Source of the DNA: the human T2T-CHM13v2.0 reference genome, Homo sapiens
NCBI RefSeq assembly: GCF_009914755.1
Contig: NC_060938.1
Reading direction: 5' to 3' (one strand)
Length of the DNA stretch: 64,000 nucleotides
Positions 1 to 13,735 of this stretch are shown piece by piece. Each line of letters starts with the position of its first letter. The stretch's first letter is position 1. The notes below the pieces were generated by a model, which saw only the letters and a list, made by a program, of their open reading frames with translations, did no database searches and was not told the DNA's origin. A program made the position numbers and the translations under genes.

Positions 1-99
1 ACTAAGTAGGATTCAAAACACTTGAAAAACAATGCAGAAGACAACCCTAGGGCTTAGTTTGTGGACTTTGTCTGTTTCCCTGGTGATTTCATCGGGTCC

Positions 100-1480
100 T
101 ATGACTTTAGTTATCCACCATATGCTGATAACTGTCATACATCTCCAGTTCCTCCAGTCACCTACTAACCATCTCCACGTGGATGTCTAACAGGCATCTT
201 GTAATTAGCATGTTCAAAATGAACTCCAGATTCTCCCTCCACAGACTTGCTCCACCCACAATATTCTCCAGATCAGTGTTAAATCAAGTTTAGCCTAAGC
301 CTGCCTTTTTACATATTTAAAGTTCAGCCTAAGGTTTCTCTGTCTATCATGAATTATTACCTAAAGGGAAGTGTAAACAGACTGCAGCCTACTCTTCTGC
401 CAATCACCGAATTTTGGCCAATCCAATGTGGCCAACTGTTCAAACTGTGTTCAAATAAGGCAGATGCCAAACTATAACCAATCTGGCTGTTTTCTGTACC
501 TGTCTTATGTTTTCTGTATGTCACTTTCCTTTTTCTGTCCATAAATCCTCTACTATGTGGCTGTGCTGGAGTCTCTGAGCCTACCCTGGCTCAGGAGGCT
601 GCCTGATTCGCGAATCGTTCTTTGCTCAATTAAATTCTTCTAAATATAATTTGGCTAAAGTATTTTATTTTTATCATCAGTGAATAGCAACTCCATCTTT
701 CCAGTTACTCAGGCCAGAATCTTTGAAATCATGCTTGAGTTCTTTCTCTACTTCATGTCTACTATCCTGGTGTAAGCCCTGATCATATCTTACTCTAAAC
801 ATTGCAATAGTCTCCCAACTGGTTTGCCTACAGTCTCTTCTCCAAGCAGTACCAGAATGCTCCTATTAAAATAAAAAATGGCTCATGTCACTCTTCTGTG
901 CCTAATTTCTCAATGCCTTCCTATCTCCCTCACAGCAAAACCAAAGTCTCCTCAAAGAGCAGGCACACTGCTCCCCTCCTGCTGCATTCTACCTTCCCAT
1001 TAATCACCTCGTGCTCTGGTCTGGGATCCCTCTCCAACCCCACTGGCCTTCGTCGTGTTCCCTGGCCCAGGTACACCATCACTCCAGCGCCTTTACACAT
1101 GCTGCGCCTTGCCTGGGATCCTCACCTCACAAAGCCGCAGGGCTCACTGTTCACCTCCTTCACATCTTTGCACAAACATTAACTTCCATTACCTCCCCTT
1201 TATTCTATTTAATGTTGCAGCACCCCCATCTGAGTCCTTTCTATTCCTTCTGTCTGCTTTATTTTTCTTCATAGAATGGATCCCTTGGAACATGCTTTAT
1301 GATTTACTTGCTTATTTTATTTTATTTACTCTCTGTTGTTCCCACTAAGATGTCAGCTCCATGAGGGTATGGCAGGGATTTCTGTCTGTTTTATTTACTG
1401 ATGTCTCCCCAGGACCAAATATAGGACCTGACATATAAGAGGCACTCAGTAAATATTTGTTGACTGGAAGGATAAATGAG
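100..1480 (+). mobile_element. L2 LINE 3' portion (L2a-like), interrupted by a MER57 LTR
   Basis: Typical L2 3' end 'gtcagctccatgaggg...ggcactcagtaaatatttgttga' at about 1350-1465, and L2 body motifs such as 'ctccacgtggatgtctaacaggcatct'. Confidence 0.8.
277..676 (+). mobile_element. MER57-family solo LTR (ERV1 class)
   Basis: Starts 'tgttaaatcaagtttagcctaa', ends 'ttatca'. 4-bp TSD TCAG at 273-276 and 677-680. Several CCAAT boxes. Confidence 0.85.
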
Positions 1481-1719
1481 TTATATTCCCACTGACGCAG
1501 AATGTTGGTGTTGTGAACAGAAAATCGTATCTGGCATTTTGAACTATTCTAAGATCAATCTCTTTCACATTCCTACCAAATGTCCATTTTTTTTCTGGTT
1601 TCTTACCAAAATGGCTAACCATGGGGAAAGTTTTGGGCATTTGATCTAGTGAACAAATGTAGACTTCAATAAATGGCCACTGAGGAAGCCAAGACTTCCT
1701 AGGAGTTCTTATCCCCCAT

Positions 1720-1978
1720 CAACTACCAAGCTATGGTAATGAAGGCATTTTTACTCACCCAATCCACGTCATCCCTTCTCCATGGAGGCAGAACCTAATC
1801 CTAATGTTCACACCTTTGAGACCATGTGCTCAGGAAATCACCAGGCCTGGTATGACTGGTTTAGTCGCCTGGTCTTATTCTCCTGGTTGTATGAGACATT
1901 GTATGAGACATGAGCAGATGACTTAATTTTAGTCTAATTTGATGGAGCTTTTGAGATGTTTATTTCCCTCCTGAAAAC
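1720..1978 (+). mobile_element. Degenerate MLT1 (MaLR) LTR fragment
   Basis: Weak similarity to old MLT1J/K/L LTRs ('gaccatgtgctcagg', 'gagcagatgacttaattttagtctaat'). Confidence 0.4.
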
Positions 1979-1979
1979 A

Positions 1980-2065
1980 TGAATTCTTGGGCCTTATTTC
2001 CAGAGATTCTGATTTGGTAGGTCTGAGGGGAAGTTTGAAAATTTGTATTTTTAACACCACCCCTA
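1980..2065. mobile_element. MER5 (hAT-Charlie) fragment
   Basis: 'ccagagattctgatttggtaggtctgagggg...aatttgtatttttaaca' matches the MER5A/B core. Confidence 0.65.
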
Positions 2066-3332
2066 ACTTCACATTGAAAAATTAAAAATATTAAAAAAAC
2101 CAAAACTACTCTATCACGCTAATGAAGTAGGGCTGCTCTTACCCAGATGACTATCTGTTAGGAAGCAGACCAAAGGATTCAGTACCTTTGCCAGGCAGTT
2201 CCCCAGGAATTTCATGAGATCATCCCTCACTTTCTAATTGAGGGTCTTCACTGTTTTTGAGCCAAAGACTGCTGATTGTGGGAGTGCTTCATGCCTCTGC
2301 TCTGGCCATCTCTGGCCTCTGAGACCAGGAAGCTACAAATATTCCCACTGGCCATGATCACTGACTACTAGTTCATACCCCCGAAGATGGGCGGGCTAGA
2401 GGGGCTTTGTTCCTCTGAGGGCTATGTCTTGGTTTCCTCTACTGTTTATTTAGGAACAACACTAAGATATGCCAAAACCAGATTATTGTCTTGCCTACAT
2501 CTTCTCAAAAGAGATTAATATTTCATTACACCTCTGTCTATCAAGACTAGTAGAAATCTGGGTTGGGATAAAGCATGTTTTCACTGTTTAAATGCTAGAA
2601 CAACATTTAAATGAGGATACTTCTCTCTCATTCTGCTAAGACTCATGCACTTTGCAGAACAGGTACAACAGGAAGTAGCCCCTGCTGTAAAGTAAGCAGG
2701 ACCACACCTAAGGCTGTTTGAGCTGAAGAATGTAGGAAAATGCTTTCCTTATGCTTTATGCAATGAACCAACAAAGAAGTCAGGCTTCTCTGGTGTTCTG
2801 CAGGTGATTGATTTTTAGAGAAGCAACACTGCATGGGGAGTCTGGCTCCAGATTTAGCTTCTAAATTGATTACTAACTTGAAGAAAAAGGACCTGAGAAT
2901 TACGTACTAATCTTGGTGTTTACATTTCCCACCAAAGCCACTAACTGTCTGGGGCTCTTTTTCCCCAAGGACTTCCACAATCCTCAGATATAATCTATAC
3001 TTTTCATTACTGTTTTCAGGACCATTCACTTATTTATCAGCAAGTATTTCATGGGCCTGGTACTAGTTATCAATCGTACTTCTAATTTCATCATTGAAAT
3101 AGTAAACATACTTCAATTTTGTCAATTATCAAGTCCAGAAGCTAGGGGGATCCAGCCACAATGTTTTATCAATGTGGATAGTTTGTCCATGAGGCAGAAG
3201 TATATTTTTCTCTCAATTTTCAAGCAACACTGATTGATGGAAAGGTGATCTTTACTTACTGCCTCAGGCAAATAATTGAGCACCTAAAGATTTGGAGTCT
3301 ATATTTGGAATGTGAATTTTTCTCTCCAGTAA

Positions 3333-3510
3333 ATTCATTCATGCATTCATCTGACAAATAATTGAGTATCTGATATGTGCCAGGCATGCATCTCTGGGCT
3401 AGGGATAGAGCAGTGAACAAGTCAGACACACTTCTCATGTACAAAGAGTCTACGTCCTGCTGGGGAGCCAGGCGAAGAACAGGCAGAAAACACATGAATG
3501 AAATAATGCC
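3333..3510 (-). mobile_element. L2 3' end
   Basis: 'ttcattcatgcattcatc...gagtatctgatatgtgccaggca...gatagagcagtgaacaa' is the reverse complement of an L2 tail. Confidence 0.75.
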
Positions 3511-3513
3511 AGG

Positions 3514-4632
3514 TCAACATTGCTCATCATGAGGGAAATGCAAATCAAAACCACAATGAGATGCCATTTTACCACTATTAGGACAGTTATTACAAAACAA
3601 AAATAAAGAAATCCTAGAAAATAACAAGTGTTGGAAAAGATGTGAAGAAATTGGAACCCTTACGCATTGCTTTTGGGAATGTAAAGTGGTGCAGCTGCCA
3701 TGGAAAACAGCGTGGAGGATCTTCAAGAAATCAAACATAGATTTACCATATGATCCAGCAATTCTACTTCTGGGTATATACCCACAAGAAGTGAAAGCAG
3801 AGACTTGAACAAATATTTGTACACCCATGCTCATAATAGCATTATTCACAATAGCCAAAAGGTGAAAACAACCCAAATATCCATTGATGTCTGAATAAAG
3901 AAAATGTGGCATATATAAACAATGGGGATATTATACAGCCTTAAAAGAGGTTCTGACACATGCTATAACATGAGTACACCATGCTACATGGAATAAGCCA
4001 GACACAAAAAGACAAGTACTGTATTGACATGGTTTGGCTGTGTCCCCACCCAAATCTCATCTTGAATTGTAGCTCCCATAATCCCCACATGTTGTGGGAG
4101 GGGCCTGGTGGGAAGTAACTGAATCATGGGAGCAGTTACCCTCATGCTGTTCTTGTGATAGTGAGGGAGTTCTCAAGAGATCTGATGGTTTTATAAGGGG
4201 CTTTCCCCGCCTTTGCTTGCACTTCTCCTTCCTGCCACCATGTGAAGAAGGACGTGTTTGCTTCCCTTTCTACCACGATTGTAAGTTTCCTGAGGCCTCC
4301 CAGACATACTGACTATAAGTCAATATATAACCCAGTCTTGGGTATGTCTTTAGCAATGTGAGAACGAACTAATAAATGTATGATGCCATTTCTATGAGGT
4401 ACCTACAATAGTCAAACTCACTGAGACAGAAAGTAGAATGGTGGTTGCCAGTGGCCAGGGGAGAGAGGTTTAATGGGTTCAGAGTTTCAGTTTGGGAAGA
4501 TGAAAAGTTCTGGAGGTGAATGACGGTGATGGTTGCACAACAGTGTGAATTATTGAATGCCACTGAAGTGTATACTTAAAATAGCTAAAATGGCAAATTT
4601 TATGTTATGTGTATTATGACATAATAAAAAAT
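3514..4632 (+). mobile_element. L1MB-type 3' end (ORF2 C-terminus plus 3' UTR), split by THE1
   Basis: 'gggaaatgcaaatcaaaaccacaatgagat', 'atatgatccagcaattctacttctgggtatata', 'tttcagtttgggaagatgaaaagttctggag' and an A-rich tail. Confidence 0.9.
4025..4376 (+). mobile_element. THE1 (MaLR) solo LTR
   Basis: Starts 'tgacatggtttggctgtgtccccacccaaatctcatcttgaattgtagctccc'. 5-bp TSD TGTAT at 4020-4024 and 4377-4381. Confidence 0.92.
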
Positions 4633-5293
4633 AACAGAAAGTGAAAAGATATAAAAACAATAAAACAGGAGAGTAACTGGTTGCTCTCGGAATGGAAGGA
4701 AGCTACTAATTCCAATTAGGTTTCCAGGAAAGGACCCACTGAGAAGATACTGGCTGAGCTAGGAAGCCTTGTGTTTAGAAGAGGTATAATCTATCAAAAG
4801 GAGAGAGAAAATTTAAAAATGGAGAGTTTGGGGAACATATCACTACATCTTAAGAATCTCAGCCATCACTTTATAAGCTTTAGCTTTCCTTTTCACGTAA
4901 AGGGCATAGAGAAGCCATGATTTCAAAGGCAGTTCTTGGGATGTTCTAAAATTTAATTGAAAAAATATTTCATGTTCTCTAGATTCATTCCTCTCCCTAA
5001 AGGGAAGTTAATGCTTAGTAGTTGCATACTGTAAAGACATTGATGATTTAAAACTAAATCATTTGACAAAATCCACCAGAAGCAAAGCCAATATTTATAG
5101 AATTTCAGAACCATAGCACTTCTGAACTAGAAAGGGCCCGTCACAGCTCTTTAGTCCTCTCCTCTGAAGCTTGATTTCTCTCTATAGTGTATCCACCAAG
5201 TTGTTACCTGGCTTCTGATGAGGCACCTCTAGATGGCAGGATCTCAGAACATTCAGGGTTTCCATACAATCTTGAGATGGCTCTCTCACTGGG

Positions 5294-5296
<3 letters not shown>

Positions 5297-5343
<47 letters not shown>
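5297..5343. repeat. (GA)n microsatellite
   Basis: About 18 pure AG units visible directly. Confidence 0.97.
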
Positions 5344-5432
5344 AAAAGCGAGCAGATCAAAGAGAGATCAAAGTGATCCTGCTTTGATCCCAGATCCATT
5401 TTTTGGAAACTTTTACCTGATTCTATTCACCA

Positions 5433-5730
5433 GGCTAATTTTATGTATCAACTTGACTAGGCTACAGGGTGCCCAGATATTTGGTCAAACGTTATTCTGA
5501 GTGTTTCTGTGAGGATGTTTTTGGGTGAGAGTAACATTTAAGTCAGGAGATGGAATAAAGCAGATAGCCCTTCATAATGTGGGTGGGTCTCATCCAATCA
5601 GTTGAAGGCCTGAGTAGAACAAAAGGCTGACCTTTCCTGGAGAAAGAGAAACTTCTCCAGCCTGAGCTCAGCCTTTAAACTGGGATATCAGTTCTTCTAG
5701 TTCTATAGCAGCTTATAGCCTTCAGACTGC
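5433..5730 (+). mobile_element. MLT2 (ERVL) LTR, partial
   Basis: 'gctaattttatgtatcaacttgactaggctacagggtgcccagatatttggtcaaacgttattctg...ctcatccaatcagttgaaggcctg'. Confidence 0.85.
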
Positions 5731-5859
5731 AAACCTACCACTCTTCTACTTCCTTAAGGCTATATATGATAGAAAAAATAAGGTGGGTGGGTGAGGATAA
5801 ATATCTTCCAAGTACATTAAAGGGGAAAAGGGAAGGGAAATAAGATTCGATGAGAGTTG

Positions 5860-6030
5860 CTTAACACACAATTTGATTTCATCTTTATTTACAGATGTGG
5901 AAACAAAGATTCTTGGAACCTAAGTAGCTTATCTACATAGTTAAGCAGTAATTGATATGGGACGGAAGCCCAGATCTCTCTGATCCTGAAGCCTGTGGTC
6001 TGTCCCCTGTGCCATATCACACAGCATACA
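5860..6030 (-). mobile_element. MIR
   Basis: 'tttattttacagatgtggaaacaaagattc' resembles the MIR core in reverse. Confidence 0.6.
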
Positions 6031-6905
6031 CACTGTGGGCACTTGAAAGAATTTCCAGAATGATATAAATTGATGGCACGAACATACAAAAGACAGTGCC
6101 CAAAAGAGAAAAAAAAAAGAGATAAAAGTATAATACAAGGAAAAGTTAAATTTAATAGGAAATATGTTATTAATTTATCTACTTGTACTTTGTCTTCCTA
6201 CAGAATTCAGTAATTTTCATAGTAATGCATTTTCACTGCCAGTAGCAAAATCGGTGGCAAAGGAAGAATAATTGTTTTCAGGAGAGCTAAGGGATGAGAA
6301 AAATTGAATTTAGAAAACTCAATACACAGTTAATAATCATCTTTAAAGTCTGAATTATGATGAAAACTGTAAATGCTCAGAAAATAGTAGAGGAAAATAA
6401 AAATTTAAAATTAAAATCACACAAACAATCTACAATTCTAAAATAAAGAGGAAAAGAAAATGAAACAAAGAATTCCACTTAGTTTGGACCCTTGAAAAAC
6501 CATAGTCTAAAACCACACTCCCATTTATATTAAATAATAATGAATGAGGACAAATCTGGTATCCAACAACATTTTAGAAAAGTCTGACTCCAGTTTTTAT
6601 CCAGCTATAGGGATGGAGGTTCCCTATTCACTGAAGAAGCAACAGTGTGATATCAGGGAAGAATTCAGTTATCACTCACCATGTAAAACCACCACTGTAT
6701 TCAGAAAGTGGGCATTTTGCACATATAACATTTCCATGAACCATACATGTATGCACACAAGCACTCATGTGTGCACACACATATACACACTCACAGGCAA
6801 GGTGATTTTTTTCCTTCATCCCTGTCAGTGCCCTGTGGTGGCGGTCATTGATCTCTATGTGACCCAAACTCCCATGGGGCATGGCAATGCATCTGTGCTA
6901 TGGCG

Positions 6906-7156
6906 ACAAAGTTCAACAGCTCACACACTTGGATGCTATGGTAATATCAAATTGCTTTAACATTTCTAAACACTCTCAATTTCTGTGCTTATTGTGAACC
7001 ACACTTTGACCACTCATTTTCTTCTGGAAATTAAAAAAAATCTATATATATCAAATATATGAACACATAGATCGTTTTTATCAACATAAGAGGAATCAAA
7101 AACAGATTAGTCCATTACTTGCCTTTTGTACTTAATTGATATCTTTCTTACTGGCC
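6906..7156 (+). repeat. 251-bp dispersed direct duplication, copy 1 (copy 2 at 8712-8962)
   Basis: Base-by-base match from 'acaaagttcaacagctcacacacttgg' to 'atctttcttactggcc', with only three small indel/substitution spots. Confidence 0.97.
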
Positions 7157-8346
7157 ACCAGCTCCACAGCATGTTCCTGGTGAAGGCCTCAGAGCTCCAC
7201 CCCTCCCTCTGGAGGCCAAGTGGGTCCATGTAACAGGCCTGGCATCTGTACCAGGATGGCAAATGAGAGGCTGGGACTCAGCACATAAAGTGGATTTTCT
7301 GCATGGCTGAGCCAAGTGCTTCCAACCATCCAGCCACATGTTTCTCTATATGGTCCTGGCAGCTATGGCTTAGGATAGAGCCAGAATTTGGCTTGATTTC
7401 TACACTGAAAAGCTTGATAGAATGCTGGGGTGGTGCCATCCCATAATAAAAGAGGTGGTTCCCTCAGACTGGCACACCATTCTCATTTGCCTTGGGAGTC
7501 CCTCCAAAAGGAAAGGGGGCTTAAGTAAAAGTGGGTGTGTCCATGTGATCCCTGCCAGGGCCTGGGTGGAGAAGGGAAGCGGGGGCAGCTGAGGGAAGGT
7601 GGATGAAGAAGAAAAGTTCTGAGCGATTGGAAGCTGGTGCCAGTTGGAGCTGGAAGACGATGTTCGGCCGCCTCCTTCTGCACATGTGTGGCCACCAGGG
7701 GATTGCCTGGCTATGTACGCGGCTTCACATCTGTCAGCTAAATCAAAGATGCATAATTGAAGATGCAAAGCGAGAAGCATGACGTGGTTCACGAGGCTCC
7801 CCAGAGGTTTTGGATCTGTAATCCAGTGAGGAGATTTTAATGAGATTTGAGTCAAGTGTTCTCATCTGTGGGAGAGGGTCTCACTCCAGCTGTGCTCAAG
7901 GATGCGGAAAACACTTTTTTGAAAAATTCGGGCGGTCTTTCTTGATTGGTCACTGCCTACCCATTTCCCTTGGCACCCTTGGGCCTTCCTCCCAAAGAAA
8001 TGCTTCTTTTTGAAGCTTGGGCAATTTCTGAGCATGAGGAAGGCTCAAGAGATGCTATGATTGAGGTGTTAGGACAAATGAGTCAAATAAAACCATTAAC
8101 CTGGTACAGTTCCTTAGAACCAAATTTAAACATTTCCAAATGTTTCATCATAAAAGCAATACATATTCAAGATAAATATTCAAACAATACATAAGGATGG
8201 AAAGTGTGAAATAAAAGTGTAAATGGGACTTTTTGCTCACATTCTGAGAACACTATTTCCCAAACATTCTCTGCTGTAGAAATAATACTTTCTTGATTCC
8301 AATTCTCATAGACCAATACTTTTGTAAAATACATTAAAATTACTGA

Positions 8347-8648
<302 letters not shown>

Positions 8649-8711
8649 TTACTGAAATAATTACAAAAAAGTACCCAAATACATATAAAGTACAAACTCA
8701 CTAGAAACAAT

Positions 8712-8962
8712 ACAAAGTTCAACAGCTCACACACTTGGATGCTATGGTAATATCAAATTGCTTTAACATTTCTAAACACTCTCAATTTCTGTGCTTATTG
8801 TGAACCACACTTTGACCACTCATTTTCTTCTGGAAATTAAAAAAAATCTATATATCAAATATATGAACACATAGATCGATTTATCAACATAAGAGGAATC
8901 ATACTAAACAGATTAGTCCATTACTTGCCTTTTGTACTTAATTGATATCTTTCTTACTGGCC
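8712..8962 (+). repeat. 251-bp dispersed direct duplication, copy 2 (probable donor)
   Basis: Matches 6906-7156 and appears continuous with flanking old L1-like sequence. Confidence 0.97.
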
Positions 8963-11084
8963 CTTAAAGATCTATCTCATTCCTTTTCATAGCTGTCTTG
9001 TATTTCATTGTATGAAGGTGCTACAATTTTTTAAAACTAGTCTCAATACTTATGGACATGCAGGTGGTTTCTACATTCTGCTTATATTGAAAATGTAAAG
9101 GCATAACCTCCAGAAATGGACTGGTGTTCATTCTGTTTACCTTTTGATGCCAAAGTCACCACTAGCACTTGCTAGAATTTCTTCCTTGTGAACAAAAGCA
9201 AAATGTTTTGCAGCCCAAAGTTTCCTCTCCTTCAAACCAGCTTATTGAGCACTCTGAGTCACACCAGTGCTAAAATGACCAGAACAAGCATTTGTCACCA
9301 TGCATAGCATAAGGCACACCCTCCTCCAGAGGTGAGGGCTGGGTGCCTACCGCAAGAGGATGGAGATTAATTCTTCAAGGGGAGCCTTTGCGTTTTCCTT
9401 TAAGTAGCAGAAAAGTGAATATGCAGCAATGAATGCAGACTGGCTCAGGGGCCCCAGAAAGCTGAAAGCACACCGCAGCCACTCAGCCAATGGTGAACTC
9501 TTACCCTGGTGGCTCAGACCTCACCAACAGAGCCTGCATGAAGGGAGGTCAGCCTTGGTGACTAATCTCAGCTTAGTTCCCAATTCCTTTTTTTCAGTGT
9601 TTTCCAGAAGAAGTGAACTGGGGCTCTACATGATCTCCTGCATGAGTTTTCATGTTACTGCTAGGGCTTCAAGTGGCTGATTATGGGAGCAGTTAGCTTT
9701 GTGTGTGAACCACTTCCAGGCAGGCAGGTCTAGTCAAGATGAACCTGAGTGTTTGGCCACAGAAGACTCCCTCTGGGCCCAGGGCATGACCCAGGAGAGG
9801 GGCGTAGTGTTTCTTATGTTTATAATTCAGATGTCTCCAACAACGCAGCCAATTAGTCAGGACTCCGGGCATGTTTGGAGATACTGGAAAGGATTCTGTG
9901 TTGAAGGCAAAACTGCTCAAGCAGAAAGATGAGCTTTCTTTTCTATATTGGGTCAGCCAGGTCAAAAAAAAAAAAAAAAAAGGAGGTTTTAGGTTTGTAC
10001 CATAAAATTCATCAACTTGGTTTTAGTTAACCCCAATGGGAGGAAGCAGCAATGATTCCCCTTTGCATTTTCAGTTGAGAAGAGAAATGATCTTAGATAC
10101 CCCAAAGACTGATAGGGACCTGAAAGCCTCTTGTGTGGGAACTGGATGCATCCTGAGGGAACCGAATTCTTTGGTTCTGATAAAACTTCAAGCAAAAACT
10201 CCTGAAGAGAGCAGCCCAGAGCAGAGGCGTCCAGGAGAACAATCAAGTGTGAGTTACATTGAGAAAGGATGCATTTCGGCAAGGGATGATTTAGCTTTGC
10301 TTCTGGAACGTGCATTATCCATGTCAAAGGAGGCTGCAGAGGGGTTTGAGCAACAACCCAGAGACACATGGGCATTTTCGTTATTCAGCTCATGTTCATT
10401 CTGAGCTCTGAGATGAAACCCTGAGTCCCAGGTATTGCCCACACTGGGAGAGAACTCAGGCTCAGCATTTCATCAGTGACCTGCCAGCCCCTAATGCACA
10501 ACTCTTGTAGGATTTTTTTTTAAAACCCTGCAAAGAGCCCTTTGAGTGCAAACCTGCCCCAGCAGGCCTGCCTTCACATCTCCTTCAGAAATGTTTTCTT
10601 TTCCTTCTGAATATGCTCATTTGAGTGGGCACCCTTTCTGCTCTCAGCGTCTTTTGTGTGAAAGTAAGGTTGCCATCTAAATCTAGGAAAAGCAATCTTG
10701 AAATGTGTATCTAGTTTCCTTCTGAAAAAAACAGGAGACCTTTTTTTCTGTACATATCATCTCCGTTTTGTCGTTCTTATGAGGGACATTTTGTTGTGCT
10801 GACATAGAAATGCTTATTCTTTTCTTCAAATTCCTGATTTTACAAACTATCCAGCAGACAAGCTCTAAATGTTTTGTGGTTCTGAGACAACCCTTGGTTA
10901 CAAGTGAGCTCTCCTTGGCCGAGATGATCTCATTTATGTCTTACAGAGGAGAAAACCAAGTCCCCAAAGGGGAAAGGCCAGGATCACAGAATAATTGAGT
11001 CAATACCAGTAGAAAAGGATCACCTGTTTCCTCCTCACACGGTAAAGCTCTCATCTCCAGTGGATAGTGACTCAAGCAGTTATA

Positions 11085-11350
<266 letters not shown>

Positions 11351-11705
11351 AGAAAGAAATTGCTAAGTCCATCCTTGGGCACATTTTTCCTTATGTCATC
11401 TTCATAAATGAATCAGTGTACATCTTTCCCATGCATGCTTTCTCTCTGGTTAAGTGAGGGAAGAAGCTGGCTGTTCACTGGCAGTCGCTGAGGACTTCGC
11501 TCCTGGGATGTGCCCAGGAGATGTATGTGGACACTACAGTTTCAGGGGCAGCAGGAACTGCCTCCCTTGTGATACAGCCTTCAAGATGCTACTTTGTTCT
11601 GCATCATCACAGACCACGGCAAGGCCAATCCAAATTGCATTTCACAAGGCACAACTAAATAATAACTTGTGACATTATTGCCATGTTGATTTAGGCAGCT
11701 AGGCA

Positions 11706-11766
11706 GAAGGAAGGAAGGAAGGAAGGAAGGAAGGAAGGAAGGAAGGAAGGAAGGAAGGAAGGAAGG
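11706..11766. repeat. (GGAA)14 microsatellite
   Basis: 14 uninterrupted GGAA units at 11709-11764. Confidence 0.98.
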
Positions 11767-13559
11767 CAGGCCTCATGAAGAAAATCTCTGGAGTAGAGAG
11801 ATAGTAATTTTTTTATTGCTCTGTCTTAGGTAGGCAAGGAGAAGCTTGGTCCCTACTGACCAAGGCCTCTCAAATTGAGTGGGAGAGAAAAATTGAACAC
11901 CAGACTTAGTGCCATTCACTGCCTGTCATGGGGAGGGTCCTGCCAGCTCCATACTGGCACTCCCTGAGTTTGTCTACACACACAAGATTTTTCTGTTCTG
12001 AAACAAATGGTTTAGTCAGAGATATAGGAGAGCAAAATGCTACTGCACACATATTGTAACTTTTGAACATTTTTTCACCTCCTGTCTAACTCCGTCACTC
12101 ATGTCTGTATTTACTGATGATATGGAATGCCAGCGTGCGTGTTTAAGGGGAACCCCCCAGGAGAGGGCTTTAGCTCCCTCCCAAATAACACATCAAGGGT
12201 GGAGGGGGAAAGGGAAGGAAAGAGGTAGGGAGAAAAGGTGATCACAAGAAAAGAGAAAGGGGAAAAAAAGGAGAGAGGAAGAAAGGAAAGAAAGGAAAAA
12301 AAGTGTAAAGTGGTTTTTGCCTCATTATTAATTTTCATTCTTGCCAAAGTTGCTTGGCAGATTCTTAGAGGCTGCAGAGCATGTTCCTTGAAAACCAACT
12401 GGATGTCATGACCAGGCTTAAAAGCATCTCTTTAATTACAGCCACAGAGATATTCCTCTTCCCTTTCATCTGGGGCCTCTAAGGAGCTCAGCTCCTGCCC
12501 ATTCTCTCGTGAAAGGTTATCCGTGCCACATCACCATTCAGTTTGTGCATCCAAACAGAAGCCTTGGAGCATTTTCTCCTGGCTTTGGTTGGCACGGCCG
12601 GCCTGTGGGGTGCGACTCTACTACTCTCCCCGTCTGCCTTTTGCTCTCCTCTTGAGGACTTATCAGATTAGTGGCCTGCTCTGTGCCACATGTGTCCTTC
12701 ACGAGAGCATTCACTTCAGGCCACTTCCTTGAAGGGGCTGTGACTGCGCTCCTCTCTCTCAGAAGATGCGAACCAGGAAAATATTTGCTCCTCTCTCTCT
12801 ATAGAGTTGGCTTATTTTAAAGTTGACTTGATTGAGTTGCAGAGACTGCTATAGAGCATTTAAAAATGATTTGCAACAATTACTGAAAGTCAGTTAATCT
12901 GTACAAATTTCCACAGAGGATCATAGACTACATTTTGTTGATAAAGTAACAAGCCAGTAATCTTAACTGGAGCCAGCTTAAGGTCTCAGTTTGTGAATTA
13001 TTACACTGGTCTCTTGATCTTAGGATATATTTGCATATAAGTAATTTAAGAATTAACATGGGATAGATCTGTAGTGATACCAAATGATATATAAATATAT
13101 GGACTATTACAGTATTTAGGAAAATTTGATCAAATTATCAAATCAACTATAAAGATATGCATATTGACGTATAACAGATTGGCTAATTTTGAGGACATAG
13201 TTACCTCTGGATACTAGGAGCTAATTATTCATCTTGTATAGATAGTATCTGGGTTTAATTTTAGTTTTTGTTCTTTTTCCTTCCTGCTGCCAGATTTCTG
13301 CTTATATTATTGCTGAAAAGTGGGGATTAGACAAGAAAGAAGAAAATGTATAGCTCAAATCTATTCATTTTATCTTGTCAAAATCTTTCAAAACAACGGA
13401 TTATAGGTAGATTTCAATCATATGACTTATTTGCATATGTGAGCAGGTACCATGCAGGGATAAACATAGCGAAGGCAACACCACCAATGCTAGCCAGACC
13501 TCTTATGGAAGTGAGGTGCTAATATAGAATATCTCTGGTATGTATTCAGAAAATTGTAT

Positions 13560-13735
13560 CTCAACAGTAATAATGATCATATCACTAACAATTCCTATTG
13601 GATGCTTACTATCAGGCACTGGGTTAGTTGTTTTGTATATATTATCTCATTGAATTCTCACGATCACCCCAAGGAAGAGTTTCCTGATTCTATTTTTTTG
13701 CATGAGGAGACTGGGCTCAGGAACACTGCCCGGCA
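13560..13735 (-). mobile_element. MIR
   Basis: 'tattatctcattgaattctcacgatcaccc...catgaggagactgggctcag'. Confidence 0.75.

Noticed and set aside
7689-7707. CTCF-like TGGCCACCAGGGGATTGCC
   Set aside because: The 5' half matches, but the high-information GGC triplet is replaced by GAT.
7400-7855. 151-aa minus-strand ORF in GC-richer unique DNA
   Set aside because: No recognisable domain, non-ATG start and no convincing splice or promoter context.
12500-12780. Locally GC/CpG-richer patch as a possible promoter
   Set aside because: Too short and too few CpGs for an island, and no supporting core-promoter arrangement.
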